Source: Patescibacteria group bacterium
GTDB lineage: Bacteria; Patescibacteriota; Saccharimonadia; Saccharimonadales; CAYUUR01
Assembly: GCA_052034685.1 (NCBI GenBank)
Contig: JBPOIH010000008.1
Coordinates: 3,502 to 67,501 of the forward strand
Direction: 5' to 3'
Length of the DNA: 64,000 bases
Part shown: in pieces, positions 10,845 to 20,205 of the stretch
Layout: each line of letters begins with the position of its first letter
How positions within the stretch are numbered: the first letter of the stretch is position 1
Made by a program: the position numbers and the translations under genes
Notes under the pieces: generated by a model
Databases searched by the model: none
Seen by the model: only the letters and a program-made list of their open reading frames with translations
Told to the model about the DNA's origin: nothing

Positions 10845-10875
10845 AAAAAACAGCTCGGTAACGGGCTGTTTTTTG
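10845..10875 (+). terminator. Rho-independent terminator after the pilin genes
   Basis: Stem CAGCTCG/CGGGCTG (10851-10868) with a GTAA loop, followed by T6 and preceded by an A-run. Confidence 0.75.
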
Positions 10876-10889
10876 TTATGATAGGGTAA

Positions 10890-11732
10890 ATGATTATTCT
10901 TATCCTTCTCGTTCTTGGTCTGTGCTTTGGTAGTTTTGTGAACGCCTATGTCTGGCGCGTCTATAAAGCACAGAGTCCAGCAAAGCCAAGCAGAGGTAAA
11001 AACCATGCCAAAGATACAGACAAGTATTCGCTCTTGCATGGTCGCTCAATGTGCCCGGAGTGTGAGCACGAGCTTGCTGCGAAAGACCTCATACCAGTCA
11101 TTAGTTGGGCTAGTTTGCGTGGTAAATGCCGATACTGCCACAAGGTAATATCATGGCAGTATCCTTTGGTTGAGCTGTTAACAGCAGGGTTATTTGTATT
11201 ATCGTATCTCGTCTGGCCAGAGGTGATGAACACGGAGCAATGGGTGTATCTCGGCTTCTGGCTGGCTTATGTAGTTGGGTTCATGGCACTTTCTGTCTAT
11301 GACCTCCGCTGGATGATACTCCCTAATGCAATGCTATGGCCGCTGACCATCCTGGCGCTGTTGCAGGTGCTTGTCATGTGCGTTTGGCAGGGTAGCGCTG
11401 ATCCGCTACTAACGGCCTTCTGGGGCGTTCTGATTGGTGGCGGGCTGTTTTACGTGTTGTTTCAGCTTTCGGCCGGCAAATGGATTGGCGGCGGCGACGT
11501 TAAGCTAGGGGCGCTCCTGGGGTTGATTGTGGGCGGGCCAATGCCAGCCATACTACTACTCTTTACTTCTTCGTTGATAGGTACGCTCGTTGCGCTGCCG
11601 TTAATGGTGACAGGCAAGGCCAAGCGCACCAGCAAACTACCATTCGGGCCGTTTCTCATTGCGGGTGGCTACTTGGTGTTTTTGTTTGGGGCACGCGTGC
11701 TTGATTGGTATAACGGACTTATCGGTTTTTAG
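10890..11732 (+). CDS. pilD: Prepilin peptidase PilD (A24 family)
   Basis: N-terminal Cys-rich motif (CPECEHEL...CRYCHK), multiple TM helices, and GGGDVKL, the A24 aspartyl peptidase motif. Confidence 0.9.
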   Translation: MIILILLVLGLCFGSFVNAYVWRVYKAQSPAKPSRGKNHAKDTDKYSLLHGRSMCPECEHELAAKDLIPVISWASLRGKCRYCHKVISWQYPLVELLTAGLFVLSYLVWPEVMNTEQWVYLGFWLAYVVGFMALSVYDLRWMILPNAMLWPLTILALLQVLVMCVWQGSADPLLTAFWGVLIGGGLFYVLFQLSAGKWIGGGDVKLGALLGLIVGGPMPAILLLFTSSLIGTLVALPLMVTGKAKRTSKLPFGPFLIAGGYLVFLFGARVLDWYNGLIGF

Positions 11733-11791
11733 GCCCGTATAATCCGCTACAAACAGGGTAGAATCAAAGCGCTTATGCTATACTTGAAGCT

Positions 11792-12583
11792 ATGAACCGC
11801 CTCAAAAACCGAGGATTTACGATTATTGAAGCAATGATCGTGCTGGCTGTCACCAGCGCGATGTTTATTGTTGCTATGCTGGCATTTAATGGGCAGCAAG
11901 AAAGAACACGCTTTACGCAGGGTACGCGTGATTTTGAGTCAAAGTTACGTGATGTTGCGAACGACATCACAACTGGCTATTTTTCTGACACCAAAGCGTT
12001 TACTTGTAGCGGTACAGGTACGGAAGTCTCCTTTACTGTTAGCGGTAGTAATACACAGGGAACGAACGAAAGCTGTATATTCCTTGGTAAGGCTGTCCAG
12101 CTTACCGGCTGTAGTGGTGGCTGTACGACATTGTCGTTTGTGACTGTTGCAGGTAAGCGTCAGAGTGCAGGCAAAGAGGTAACTTCTCTGACGTTAGCTC
12201 AGCCAAAGGTCGCCCCAACGGCGTATAATGACGATTATATTATGCAGTCTGGCTTAAGGGTAACAGGGGTTTTTGATGACGAAGGCACTGAGATTAGCGG
12301 CATCGCCTTGTTGACGAGTCTGGCAAGTTACGACGCCAACGATGATCCAATAGGCGGCTCACAGTCTTCACGTCTGTTTGGGGTGCCAACGGGTGGCCTG
12401 GATTTTAACCAGAAAATCGCAGCTCTTAACGAAACAGATAATCCAATAAAGTCGGCGACAATCTGCCTCACAAACGGTACTTCATCCGGTGCGCGGCAGG
12501 CAGCGCTAGCGGTTGGCGACACAGCCTCCGGCATATCCACAGAACTTACTATTGATAACGTCCCAGAGGTCTGCGATGATTAA
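11792..12583 (+). CDS. Minor pilin / pseudopilin-like protein
   Basis: Leader MNRLKNRG then FTIIEAMIVLAV (prepilin cleavage motif with Glu+5). A -10 box lies 7 nt upstream of the ATG. Confidence 0.75.
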   Translation: MNRLKNRGFTIIEAMIVLAVTSAMFIVAMLAFNGQQERTRFTQGTRDFESKLRDVANDITTGYFSDTKAFTCSGTGTEVSFTVSGSNTQGTNESCIFLGKAVQLTGCSGGCTTLSFVTVAGKRQSAGKEVTSLTLAQPKVAPTAYNDDYIMQSGLRVTGVFDDEGTEISGIALLTSLASYDANDDPIGGSQSSRLFGVPTGGLDFNQKIAALNETDNPIKSATICLTNGTSSGARQAALAVGDTASGISTELTIDNVPEVCDD

Positions 12584-13004
12584 GCGTAATCAAGAGGGCG
12601 ACACTATCGTTGAGGTGCTGATTAGTCTCGCGGTGCTGGGCATGATTGTTGCTGGCGCCTACAGTATTGTGAATGCGGCGCTGCGCAATAGTCGTCAGGC
12701 TCAGGAACGATCCGAAGCCATAAAGATTGCCGAGTCACAGGTAGAAACCATTAAAGCCATACCAAACCAAACAGGGCGTTTTTGCTTTAATGGTTCGACC
12801 AAAGTAGCTTTTTCTGAGACGCCGCCAGCCGATTTTCGACAAGATGACTTCACGACATATCCCGAGCAATGTAAGGGGTTCAATAGCTTGTACAATGTTT
12901 TTGTAGACAAGACAGCCGAGACATATACGGTTACCGTGCGTTGGGATAGAATTGGTGGCGGTAAAGAGCAAGCTCAGCTGGTGTACCGGGGGTATCAGGA
13001 ATGA
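12576..13004 (+). CDS. Minor pilin-like protein
   Basis: The internal ATG at 12576 (ATGATTAA overlap with the upstream stop) gives MIKRNQEG-DTIVEVLISLAVLGMIV, a degenerate prepilin motif with Glu+5. Confidence 0.6.
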   Translation: MIKRNQEGDTIVEVLISLAVLGMIVAGAYSIVNAALRNSRQAQERSEAIKIAESQVETIKAIPNQTGRFCFNGSTKVAFSETPPADFRQDDFTTYPEQCKGFNSLYNVFVDKTAETYTVTVRWDRIGGGKEQAQLVYRGYQE

Positions 13005-13693
13005 TTCGTCTAAACAAATCACAAAGCGGCTTTACGATACTTGAGCTCATGATCGCTACGGTAGTCTTCTCAGTATTATTGCTTGGTGCTGCAACCATGT
13101 TAGTGCAGATTGGGCGTTTGTATTACAAGGGCGTGGTAACATCGCGCACCCAAGAGACAGTACGAGGAATCAGTGATGAGGTATCGCGCGCCATTCAATT
13201 CTCAAGTAATAATTTTGAAGTTAGTGGTACCACCTTACCAGTGCAAAACACTGACGGAGACACGGTTACAATCCAAGCCTTTTGTATAGGCAATAATCGC
13301 TATAGCTATATTATTAACGGGCAGGTGAACACTTCTGGAACGTACAGTACATACAAACCAGGGAAGAACCAGCAAAACTGGGTGCCACGTGTATTATGGC
13401 GTGATGCACGTCCAGAGACTTGTGCGCCTCTCGACATAACGCAAACCAACCTTGCCAGTGACGGCAAAGAGATGCTTGGCGAAGGGATGCGTTTGTTTAG
13501 GCTTGACCCTCCAGAAGAGATTGACGCTGACGCCGGGTTGGTTAGCTTCCGTGTAGGTGTGGCATATGGGGCGGACGATGAACTACTTGATTTGGACACC
13601 CCTAACACAGCGACCTGTGTTGGTTCAGGGCTTGGATCACAATGGTGCGCTACCTCAGAGCTGAACACGACGTTATTTAGGAGAATACGATAA
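13001..13693 (+). CDS. Minor pilin-like protein
   Basis: Leader MIRLNKSQSG then FTILELMIATVVF. ATGA overlap with the upstream gene. Confidence 0.75.
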   Translation: MIRLNKSQSGFTILELMIATVVFSVLLLGAATMLVQIGRLYYKGVVTSRTQETVRGISDEVSRAIQFSSNNFEVSGTTLPVQNTDGDTVTIQAFCIGNNRYSYIINGQVNTSGTYSTYKPGKNQQNWVPRVLWRDARPETCAPLDITQTNLASDGKEMLGEGMRLFRLDPPEEIDADAGLVSFRVGVAYGADDELLDLDTPNTATCVGSGLGSQWCATSELNTTLFRRIR

Positions 13694-14844
13694 TGAAGAA
13701 CAAACGCTTACAGTCAAATGAATCTGGCATGGCGGCCATCACTGTCACGTTGATTATCCTTGGTATCGTGACGCTTATCGCCGTTGGCTTTGCCAATCTG
13801 ATGCGCCGTGAGCAGCGCCAGGCATTTGACCAGCAGTTGAGTACACAAGCATTCTATGCGGCCGAGAGTGGCGTAAATATCGCTCGCGATGCAGTTGATG
13901 CAGCTATAGCCAGCAATGATGTGCTTGAGATAAACGATTGCGCAGCAAACAATTCACCGATTGCCAGCGGTGGTGGCGCCATCGGCGTCAATACAAACGT
14001 GAGCGTTAGCTGTCTCCTGATCGATACAACCCCAGACATTTTGTCTAAAAAGCTTGATACGACCGACACATCGTGGGTTACCAAAGTGCAGTCGGCTAAC
14101 GGCCAGCAAATCGATAGGATTGTTATCAGCTGGGGATCAACAGATAACAGTGCGCCATTCGTGACCGATGCAGCATCGATTAACGGCAACTTACTAGTGC
14201 CTAATGGATCTGGCCCTAACAAATGGGGTAATACCACCGGGGTTGTCAGGGCTATGCTTATACCAGACACAACCGATCGTGACGATTTAGTTGCTCAGTC
14301 ATTCCACGCGTTTTTGTACCCGAATGATGCTTCGGTCGTTTCTGGTGTTAACAGTACAGCGTACAATACCGATCGCACTGCACAGGGTAAGTTCTTAAAA
14401 GGCAATTGCGATACAAACGGCGCACCAAACCCTTGTAGCGTCGAGATCACAAATGTGAGCCGTGCGTCGGCTTTTCTGCGCCTTAAGGCCATCTACAATG
14501 GTGTAAATGTCACCGTACAGGCGTTTGCAGCAGGCAGTACTATTCCGCTAGAACTGGCAAATGCCCAAGCCGAGATTGATGCAACAGGCAAGGCTGCAGA
14601 TGTGCTTCGCAGGATAAAAGTAAGCGTGCCGTTGACCACAGGCAGTTCTGTGTATCCTGAGTTTGCGGTTGAAGCCTTTGAATCAATCTGTAAGCGGTTT
14701 AACACCTGGCCCGATGATAGTGAGGTCAGCTTGGTGGCACCAATCAGTGGGAGCACGAGTGGACCATACCAGCTTGATCAGCGTACGATAGAAAGCTGTA
14801 AGCTTGAAGGCTTCTCTGACCTCTCTAACTCACCACCGTACTAG
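13693..14844 (+). CDS. PilX-N-domain-like pilus-associated protein
   Basis: The N-terminus (SGMAAITVTLIILGIVTLIAVGFANLMRREQRQA...AFYAAESG) resembles the PilX N-terminal domain. It is the last gene of the pilin block. Confidence 0.55.
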   Translation: MKNKRLQSNESGMAAITVTLIILGIVTLIAVGFANLMRREQRQAFDQQLSTQAFYAAESGVNIARDAVDAAIASNDVLEINDCAANNSPIASGGGAIGVNTNVSVSCLLIDTTPDILSKKLDTTDTSWVTKVQSANGQQIDRIVISWGSTDNSAPFVTDAASINGNLLVPNGSGPNKWGNTTGVVRAMLIPDTTDRDDLVAQSFHAFLYPNDASVVSGVNSTAYNTDRTAQGKFLKGNCDTNGAPNPCSVEITNVSRASAFLRLKAIYNGVNVTVQAFAAGSTIPLELANAQAEIDATGKAADVLRRIKVSVPLTTGSSVYPEFAVEAFESICKRFNTWPDDSEVSLVAPISGSTSGPYQLDQRTIESCKLEGFSDLSNSPPY

Positions 14845-14847
14845 TAA

Positions 14848-15771
14848 CTAATCCTGTTGGTGTCGGTGGTATTTCTCGTGGACTGATTTGAGATGTGGGT
14901 CTGTTACGTGTGTATAGATCTGCGTTGTTGCGATGTTACTGTGGCCGAGCAAGGCTTGTACCGATCGCAGATCAGCGCCATTCATCAGGAGGTCTGTAGC
15001 AAAGCTGTGCCGCAGGGTATGAGGTGATACATGCTTGGTGATGCCAGCTAATAGGGCATAGCGTGCCACCATACGTTGGATGCTGCGAGCGGTGAGGCGA
15101 TTGTAGTTGCCAGAAGTATTCACTGCTTTAGCGCCACCACGACCGTGCCTAATGAAGAGCGCAGGTAGGGTGTCTTCTCGCTGTGCGATATATTGCTCTA
15201 CCCATGATGCGGCCTCCGGACTAATAAAGATAGGTCGGTCTTTCTGGCCCTTACCGCGCACCATAAATTCTCTTCGTTTGAGGTTAATATGGTCGCGATT
15301 CAGCCCTACCAGCTCTGACACACGTAACCCACTTGAAAACAGCAGTTCCAAAATTGCCCGGTCGCGTAAGCCTGGCAGCGTGGTGGTGTCTGGCTGTCTG
15401 AACAGTGTCAGCACCTCATCGGCATTTAAAAAGGTGACCTGTTTTCGCTTGGTGCGTGCCAACTCGATCTTATCTGGGGCGAGCGTAGGTATGTCGCGCT
15501 TGGCGCAATATTTGAGGAAGCTGCGTAAGGCTATGAGGTGGTAGTTTTGGGTTGATTTTTGCAGCTCGTCGCTGACATTAGTACCTAAGCGGTTGAGCCA
15601 GAGGCGCCATTTGCGGACAAGCTCGGGGTCAATGTCAGAGACTTTTATATCGCCAGCATAGTCACTCAGGCGGGTGAGATAGTGGTCGTAGTTGGCAATA
15701 GTCTTCTGTGAACGGTTCTGCTCAATCTCGAGATACTCCAGAAAATCAGTTTTGGCCTTCGTAAACAACAT
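14848..15771 (-). CDS. Tyrosine recombinase, XerC/XerD family
   Basis: N-terminal SAM-like core-binding domain (FLEYLEIEQNRSQKTIANYDHYL). Catalytic residues in LFSSGLRVSEL, HTLRHSFAT and LLGHSNIATTQIYTHV. The start is set at the ATG at 15771, which has TACAAT 8 nt upstream. Confidence 0.85.
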   Translation of the reverse strand: MLFTKAKTDFLEYLEIEQNRSQKTIANYDHYLTRLSDYAGDIKVSDIDPELVRKWRLWLNRLGTNVSDELQKSTQNYHLIALRSFLKYCAKRDIPTLAPDKIELARTKRKQVTFLNADEVLTLFRQPDTTTLPGLRDRAILELLFSSGLRVSELVGLNRDHINLKRREFMVRGKGQKDRPIFISPEAASWVEQYIAQREDTLPALFIRHGRGGAKAVNTSGNYNRLTARSIQRMVARYALLAGITKHVSPHTLRHSFATDLLMNGADLRSVQALLGHSNIATTQIYTHVTDPHLKSVHEKYHRHQQD

Positions 15772-15884
15772 ATGCTTATATTGTACGACACGTTTGCGCC
15801 GCTGTCGCGCGGGAGTGGTTTGTGATGCAGCTCCACATCTGTTAGAATGTGCTTTTAGAAGCAAGAATTAAGCGAAGGGAACCA

Positions 15885-16442
15885 ATGGAACGAACATTAG
15901 TAATACTCAAACCAGATGCTGTACAACGAGGACTTGCAGGAGAAATAATTGCGCGGTTTGAACGGGCAGGGCTGAAGATTGTTGGTATGAAGATGATGAT
16001 TCCTGGTATGGAGCTTCTTAAAAAGCATTACCCTGACGATCTAGTGCCAATTGTCGGTGGTAAAACAAAAACTGATTGGGATAGCTACGGCGTTGAATAC
16101 AGTGAAACGATTGAAGAAATTGGTGAGATGATCGTTACGGCTACTCGTCAATTTATGCATAGCGCTCCTGTTATTGCTTTAGTGCTAGAAGGCGGACACG
16201 CTGTAGAAGTAGTACGTAAAATGGTTGGCAGTACGGGGCCAAAAGATTCAGCACCGGGCACGATTCGTGGAGACTATGCGCATTTGAGTCTTGGACGAGC
16301 ATCACTAAAAAAGAAAGGTGCTGCTAACTTAGTTCATGCCTCAGGGGCGGTTGACGAAGCAAAGCAAGAGATTAGCATGTGGTTTGACGAGAGTGAACTG
16401 TTTGACTACACCACAGTCCATGAAGGCCTTACGCACGCTTAG
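15885..16442 (+). CDS. ndk: Nucleoside diphosphate kinase (long form)
   Basis: MERTLVILKPDAVQRGL...IIARFERAGLKIVGMKMM, and the active-site region NLVHASG. SD GAAGGGA lies before the ATG at 15885. Confidence 0.85.
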   Translation: MERTLVILKPDAVQRGLAGEIIARFERAGLKIVGMKMMIPGMELLKKHYPDDLVPIVGGKTKTDWDSYGVEYSETIEEIGEMIVTATRQFMHSAPVIALVLEGGHAVEVVRKMVGSTGPKDSAPGTIRGDYAHLSLGRASLKKKGAANLVHASGAVDEAKQEISMWFDESELFDYTTVHEGLTHA

Positions 16443-16495
16443 TTTGTCGAAGGTAGGTCGGATCGAACCCCCAGATAGAGTAGAATGATAGGCAT

Positions 16496-16571
16496 GGCCC
16501 GGTAGTTCAATGGATAGAACACCACCGTCCTAAGGTGGGTGTTGGGGGTTCGACTCCCTCCCGGGTCACCA
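16496..16571 (+). tRNA. tRNA-Arg (anticodon CCT)
   Basis: Folded by hand into a cloverleaf. Acceptor GGCCCGG/CCGGGTC, anticodon arm CCACC-GTCCTAA-GGTGG, T-arm GGGGG-TTCGACT-CCCTC, encoded CCA. TAGAAT box at 16481-16486. Confidence 0.85.
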
Positions 16572-16609
16572 AAGTAGACTATTTGCGCAAAAACAATTAC
16601 GCTTAAGCT

Positions 16610-17188
16610 ATGGCAAAAACAGCCAAGCAACCGAACGCAGTACCAGAAAAGCAAAAATACTTCGATGATCAGTTTGATGACGAAGAAGTACTTTTGGTGT
16701 TTCGGCGCCATCCAGTAGTTATGCGTAAGGGTTTGGTGCTGGGTATGATTGGGTTGCTTCTGGGAACGCTCCCAGCGCTGATAAAGCCTGAGTATAGCTA
16801 CTTCTTCGGTGGCTTAGCTGCCGGGTTCGTACTGATGATAATACTGTTCATGCCGGCGTGGATTAGTTGGTATTTCAGCGTATTTATAGTTACTGACCAG
16901 CGTTTTATTCAGGTAAGCCAAAAAGGTTTGTTCCATAAATCAGTTGTTGATATTAGCTTGCAGCAGATAAAATCGCTGAACTACGAAATTGCCGGATTGC
17001 AGGAAACTATGCTGGGATTTGGTACAATACTTATACAAACTTATATTGGAGATTTAGTAGTAAAAGACATCCATCATCCCGCAAAGATTCAGAAACAGAT
17101 AGCAGAGATTTTGCGAGAGCATGGGATTGAGCCGTATATGCAAAATGAATACGGTACTGACGACGAGGCTTATGAAGAAGAGAATTAA
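16610..17188 (+). CDS. Membrane protein, possibly with a bacterial PH-like (YdbS/YdbT-type) domain
   Basis: Two adjacent TM helices followed by a soluble domain, with an acidic C-terminus. The call is by architecture only. Confidence 0.4.
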   Translation: MAKTAKQPNAVPEKQKYFDDQFDDEEVLLVFRRHPVVMRKGLVLGMIGLLLGTLPALIKPEYSYFFGGLAAGFVLMIILFMPAWISWYFSVFIVTDQRFIQVSQKGLFHKSVVDISLQQIKSLNYEIAGLQETMLGFGTILIQTYIGDLVVKDIHHPAKIQKQIAEILREHGIEPYMQNEYGTDDEAYEEEN

Positions 17189-18224
17189 AAAGTTACTACG
17201 GCGCAAAAAACAGGCTCCAGCAGCTGAGTCTACGGCGGCGCCAAAGATTACCAACGAGACTGTCGCGGCTCATCGAGAGGAAGTGCTTGGCAGTGCCCGT
17301 AAGTATATCTACCCGCTGCAGCACTCAAAGCACCGTATTGTTTTGATATCCACGGGCATTATCATTAGTTTGGCGGTTGTGTTCTTTGCTTACTGTCTGG
17401 CGGCGCTCTACCGATTTGATACGACTTCAGGTTTTATTTATCGCGTTACACAAGTGGTACCTTTTCCGGTTGCCAAAACAGGGTCTCGCTTTGTGGCATA
17501 CGAAAATTATCTATTCGAGCTCCGTCATTACACGTTCTTTTACGAAAACCAGCAAAAACTAGACTTTAACTCTGAGGCCGGGCAACAGCAACTTGCTGAG
17601 TATAAAAAGCGCGCGCTCGACAAGGTCGTGAATGATGCTTACGTTAAGGAACTCGCCAAACAGAATAATGTTTCTGTCAGCAACGCAGAAGTCGATGATC
17701 AGATAACAATCTTGCGTCGTCAAAACAGATTAGGTGGTAGCGAGCAGGCCTACGAAGATGCACTAAAGCAGAACTTTGGCTGGACAGTGAATGACTTTCG
17801 GCGCGTGATCAAACAGCGATTATTGGAACAAAAAGTACTCGCCGCTATCGACACCGATACTAATCAACGCGCCGAGAAGGCTTTCACGCTGATTAAGTCT
17901 GGGCAAAAGTTTGAAGATGTAGCAAAGCAGTATTCTGAGGATGATGTTAGTAAGGCTCGGGGAGGGAAGTTCGGCTTCACTATCGATAAAGCCAATAGAG
18001 ATATCAGCGCACAAACTACCGACGCACTCTTTCGCTTAAACCCCGGTGAAGTCTCTGAAATTATCAACACTGGCTATAGTCTTGAGATTGTGAAAACCCT
18101 CAGCAAAAATGACGACAAAGTAGAAGGGGCGCACATCGTTTTCAATTTTAAAGATCTTTCCACGTATATTAATGACCTTAAGGATAAGCAGGCTGCCCAA
18201 GTCTACGTCTCAGTAGATAAATAG
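17172..18224 (+). CDS. Membrane-anchored peptidyl-prolyl isomerase (PpiC/parvulin, SurA/PrsA-like)
   Basis: N-terminal TM helix and a C-terminal parvulin motif (FEDVAKQYSEDDVSKARGGKFGF...GYSLEIVK). The start is uncertain (17121, 17145 or 17172). Confidence 0.7.
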   Translation: MKKRIKKLLRRKKQAPAAESTAAPKITNETVAAHREEVLGSARKYIYPLQHSKHRIVLISTGIIISLAVVFFAYCLAALYRFDTTSGFIYRVTQVVPFPVAKTGSRFVAYENYLFELRHYTFFYENQQKLDFNSEAGQQQLAEYKKRALDKVVNDAYVKELAKQNNVSVSNAEVDDQITILRRQNRLGGSEQAYEDALKQNFGWTVNDFRRVIKQRLLEQKVLAAIDTDTNQRAEKAFTLIKSGQKFEDVAKQYSEDDVSKARGGKFGFTIDKANRDISAQTTDALFRLNPGEVSEIINTGYSLEIVKTLSKNDDKVEGAHIVFNFKDLSTYINDLKDKQAAQVYVSVDK

Positions 18225-18276
18225 TCTGTCATAAGCGCTTTGCGCTGCTCTGGCACAATCCGTATAATAGACGCAG

Positions 18277-19011
18277 ATGAAGAGGGTATTGGTATATTTG
18301 GGGATAATTGTTGCAGTCGTCAATCTGTCTGTCGGTTTGGTTGCCGCACAAAGCTCTTCAAGTAATTTTCAGATCCAAGAGTCATTTGTTGGCCCGGGTG
18401 GTAGCCTAGAGAGCAATTCCACAAACTACGGTACTGCACCAGGGCAGCAGGCGGTTAATGGGGTGGGTGGCGGCCCGAGCGGTTCAACCAACTATCGTGC
18501 CGATAGTGGTCCGGTGACCACCAATGACCCTTCACTGAGTTGCACGGTCAATACGTCGAGTATTAACTTTGGAGCTTTGTCTACCTCTGTAGCGGCGACT
18601 GCGAACGCTACCTTTAGCGTACTTAATTACACGTCATATGGATATATTGTGCAGATTATTGGCGCGCCCCCAAACACTGGTGCTTATACGTTGGCAGGCA
18701 TGAGTTCGACCGGTCCATCAGTGCCCGGTACGGAGCAATTTGGAATGAATCTGGTCGCGAATACATCACCGACGACCTTCGGTGCAAACCCCGTACAAAC
18801 ACCCGACAGTTCTTTCTCATCCGGTGCAGCAGCGAGCAACTACAACACCGCAAATAACTATCGATACGTTGCAGGCGAAACGATCGCCTCGGCCTCAGCA
18901 AGCTCCGGTCTAACAGAGTACACCATGTCCTACATAATAAACGCTGCGAACACTACGGCTGGCGGATCGTACAGTGGTGCTCAGACGCTCGTTTGTGTTG
19001 GAACGTACTGA
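18277..19011 (+). CDS. Secreted fimbrial-subunit-like protein (244 aa)
   Basis: Signal peptide (LVYLGIIVAVVNLSVGLVAAQ). Ser/Thr/Gly/Ala/Asn-rich. Shares GTEQFGMNL and the C-terminal motif GSYSGAQTLVCVGTY-stop with the next gene. Confidence 0.55.
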   Translation: MKRVLVYLGIIVAVVNLSVGLVAAQSSSSNFQIQESFVGPGGSLESNSTNYGTAPGQQAVNGVGGGPSGSTNYRADSGPVTTNDPSLSCTVNTSSINFGALSTSVAATANATFSVLNYTSYGYIVQIIGAPPNTGAYTLAGMSSTGPSVPGTEQFGMNLVANTSPTTFGANPVQTPDSSFSSGAAASNYNTANNYRYVAGETIASASASSGLTEYTMSYIINAANTTAGGSYSGAQTLVCVGTY

Positions 19012-19072
19012 TTGTTGTTTATGCTTATAATATGTAGTACAATCTAGAAAAGACTTAAGGTAATAATCAAAC

Positions 19073-20149
19073 ATGTCAACACTTACCCCCACCCAGCAAA
19101 AATTGCAACGAATACCATATTTGTTACTAGCAGTGCTGTTGGCCTTTGTTGCTCTCCAGTCAGCGTTTAATGCTCAGGTGTCCGCTGCACAGATTACAGC
19201 ACGCAAAGTTACGCTTTCCAACTCGGCTGGTGCCGGCACCGCTGTTACATATACCTTCAACTTTACCGTACCAACAGCCACAGTCATACAATCAATGCAG
19301 GCACAGATCTGTACAACCGCTTCAGGTGCTTGTTCTACTCCATCCGGTTTCCTTAACAACACCTCCACACTTGTCTCGCAACCGACAAACCTCGGTGATG
19401 CCTCTGGTTGGACGGTGAACACCTCAACGGCCGGCAGCTTGCGTATAGCTAAGAGCGGTAACGTTGCCGCACCAACCGGTGCTCAAACCGTTGTCTTTGG
19501 TAACGTGACTAACCCAACTGCTCAAAACACCACCTTCTTTGCACGTATTAGCACGTTCTCTGACGCTGCCTGGACAACGAGCATTGACACGGGTACTGTT
19601 GCTGCAAGTACTGCCCAAGTAATCAACTTAAGTGCTACTGTCGACGAAACGCTTACGTTCTGCACCGGTACGAGTGGCATTACAACTAGTAGCTGTTCTG
19701 GCGCAACTGGTTCTGCCGTTGCACTCGGCACACTTACTGCAAGTACCACCGGCACTGGCTTGTCGCAGATGGGTGTGGGTACTAATGGTGGTAGTGGGTA
19801 CGCGATTACTGTTAACGGAGCGACCCTTACCTCTGGCGCTAATACGATCACCGCGCTTGCTGCTCAAACAGCGTCAACAACAGGCACTGAACAGTTTGGA
19901 CTTAACTTGAGGGACAACGCCACTCCAAACGTTGGTGCTGACCCTGACGGTGCGGGTTCTGGTACGCCAACTGCCAGCTACAACACAATTGATCAGTTCC
20001 GATTTGTTACGGCTGATAGTGTAGCCAGCAAGGGCACATCAGAGTCATTCCGTCGCTACCAGGTTGCCTACATTGCGAACATTGATACTGCAACAGAGGC
20101 GGGTACTTATACTGCGACCATGACCTATATTGCAACCGCAACATTCTAG
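19073..20149 (+). CDS. Secreted fimbrial-subunit-like protein (358 aa), paralogue of 18277-19011
   Basis: Signal peptide ending AQVSAAQ. Carries GTEQFGLNL, FRFVTADSVAS, and a C-terminus GTYTATMTYIATATF-stop. Confidence 0.55.
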   Translation: MSTLTPTQQKLQRIPYLLLAVLLAFVALQSAFNAQVSAAQITARKVTLSNSAGAGTAVTYTFNFTVPTATVIQSMQAQICTTASGACSTPSGFLNNTSTLVSQPTNLGDASGWTVNTSTAGSLRIAKSGNVAAPTGAQTVVFGNVTNPTAQNTTFFARISTFSDAAWTTSIDTGTVAASTAQVINLSATVDETLTFCTGTSGITTSSCSGATGSAVALGTLTASTTGTGLSQMGVGTNGGSGYAITVNGATLTSGANTITALAAQTASTTGTEQFGLNLRDNATPNVGADPDGAGSGTPTASYNTIDQFRFVTADSVASKGTSESFRRYQVAYIANIDTATEAGTYTATMTYIATATF

Positions 20150-20205
20150 GTATCTGGTATACTAATTAGTAATGAGAGCTTTTTGGAAGAGGGATATCTG
20201 CTGAT

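Noticed and set aside
14848-15771. The Xer-family recombinase as the integrase responsible for the tRNA-Asp islet
   Set aside because: It lies about 15 kb away and is not adjacent to any tRNA or repeat. Its features fit a housekeeping XerC/D-type enzyme. A trans-acting role cannot be excluded, but nothing in the sequence supports it.
16452-16475. Inverted T-arm-like fragment (GGATCGAACCCCC) about 20 nt upstream of tRNA-Arg
   Set aside because: Only about 10 nt (GGGGGTTCGA) match the tRNA-Arg T-arm in reverse complement. That is too short to distinguish from chance given how common the GGTTCGA motif is. I note it only as possibly related to the tRNA-fragment theme.
16439-16711. 90-aa minus-strand ORF
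   Set aside because: It overlaps tRNA-Arg and the start of a well-supported plus-strand gene.
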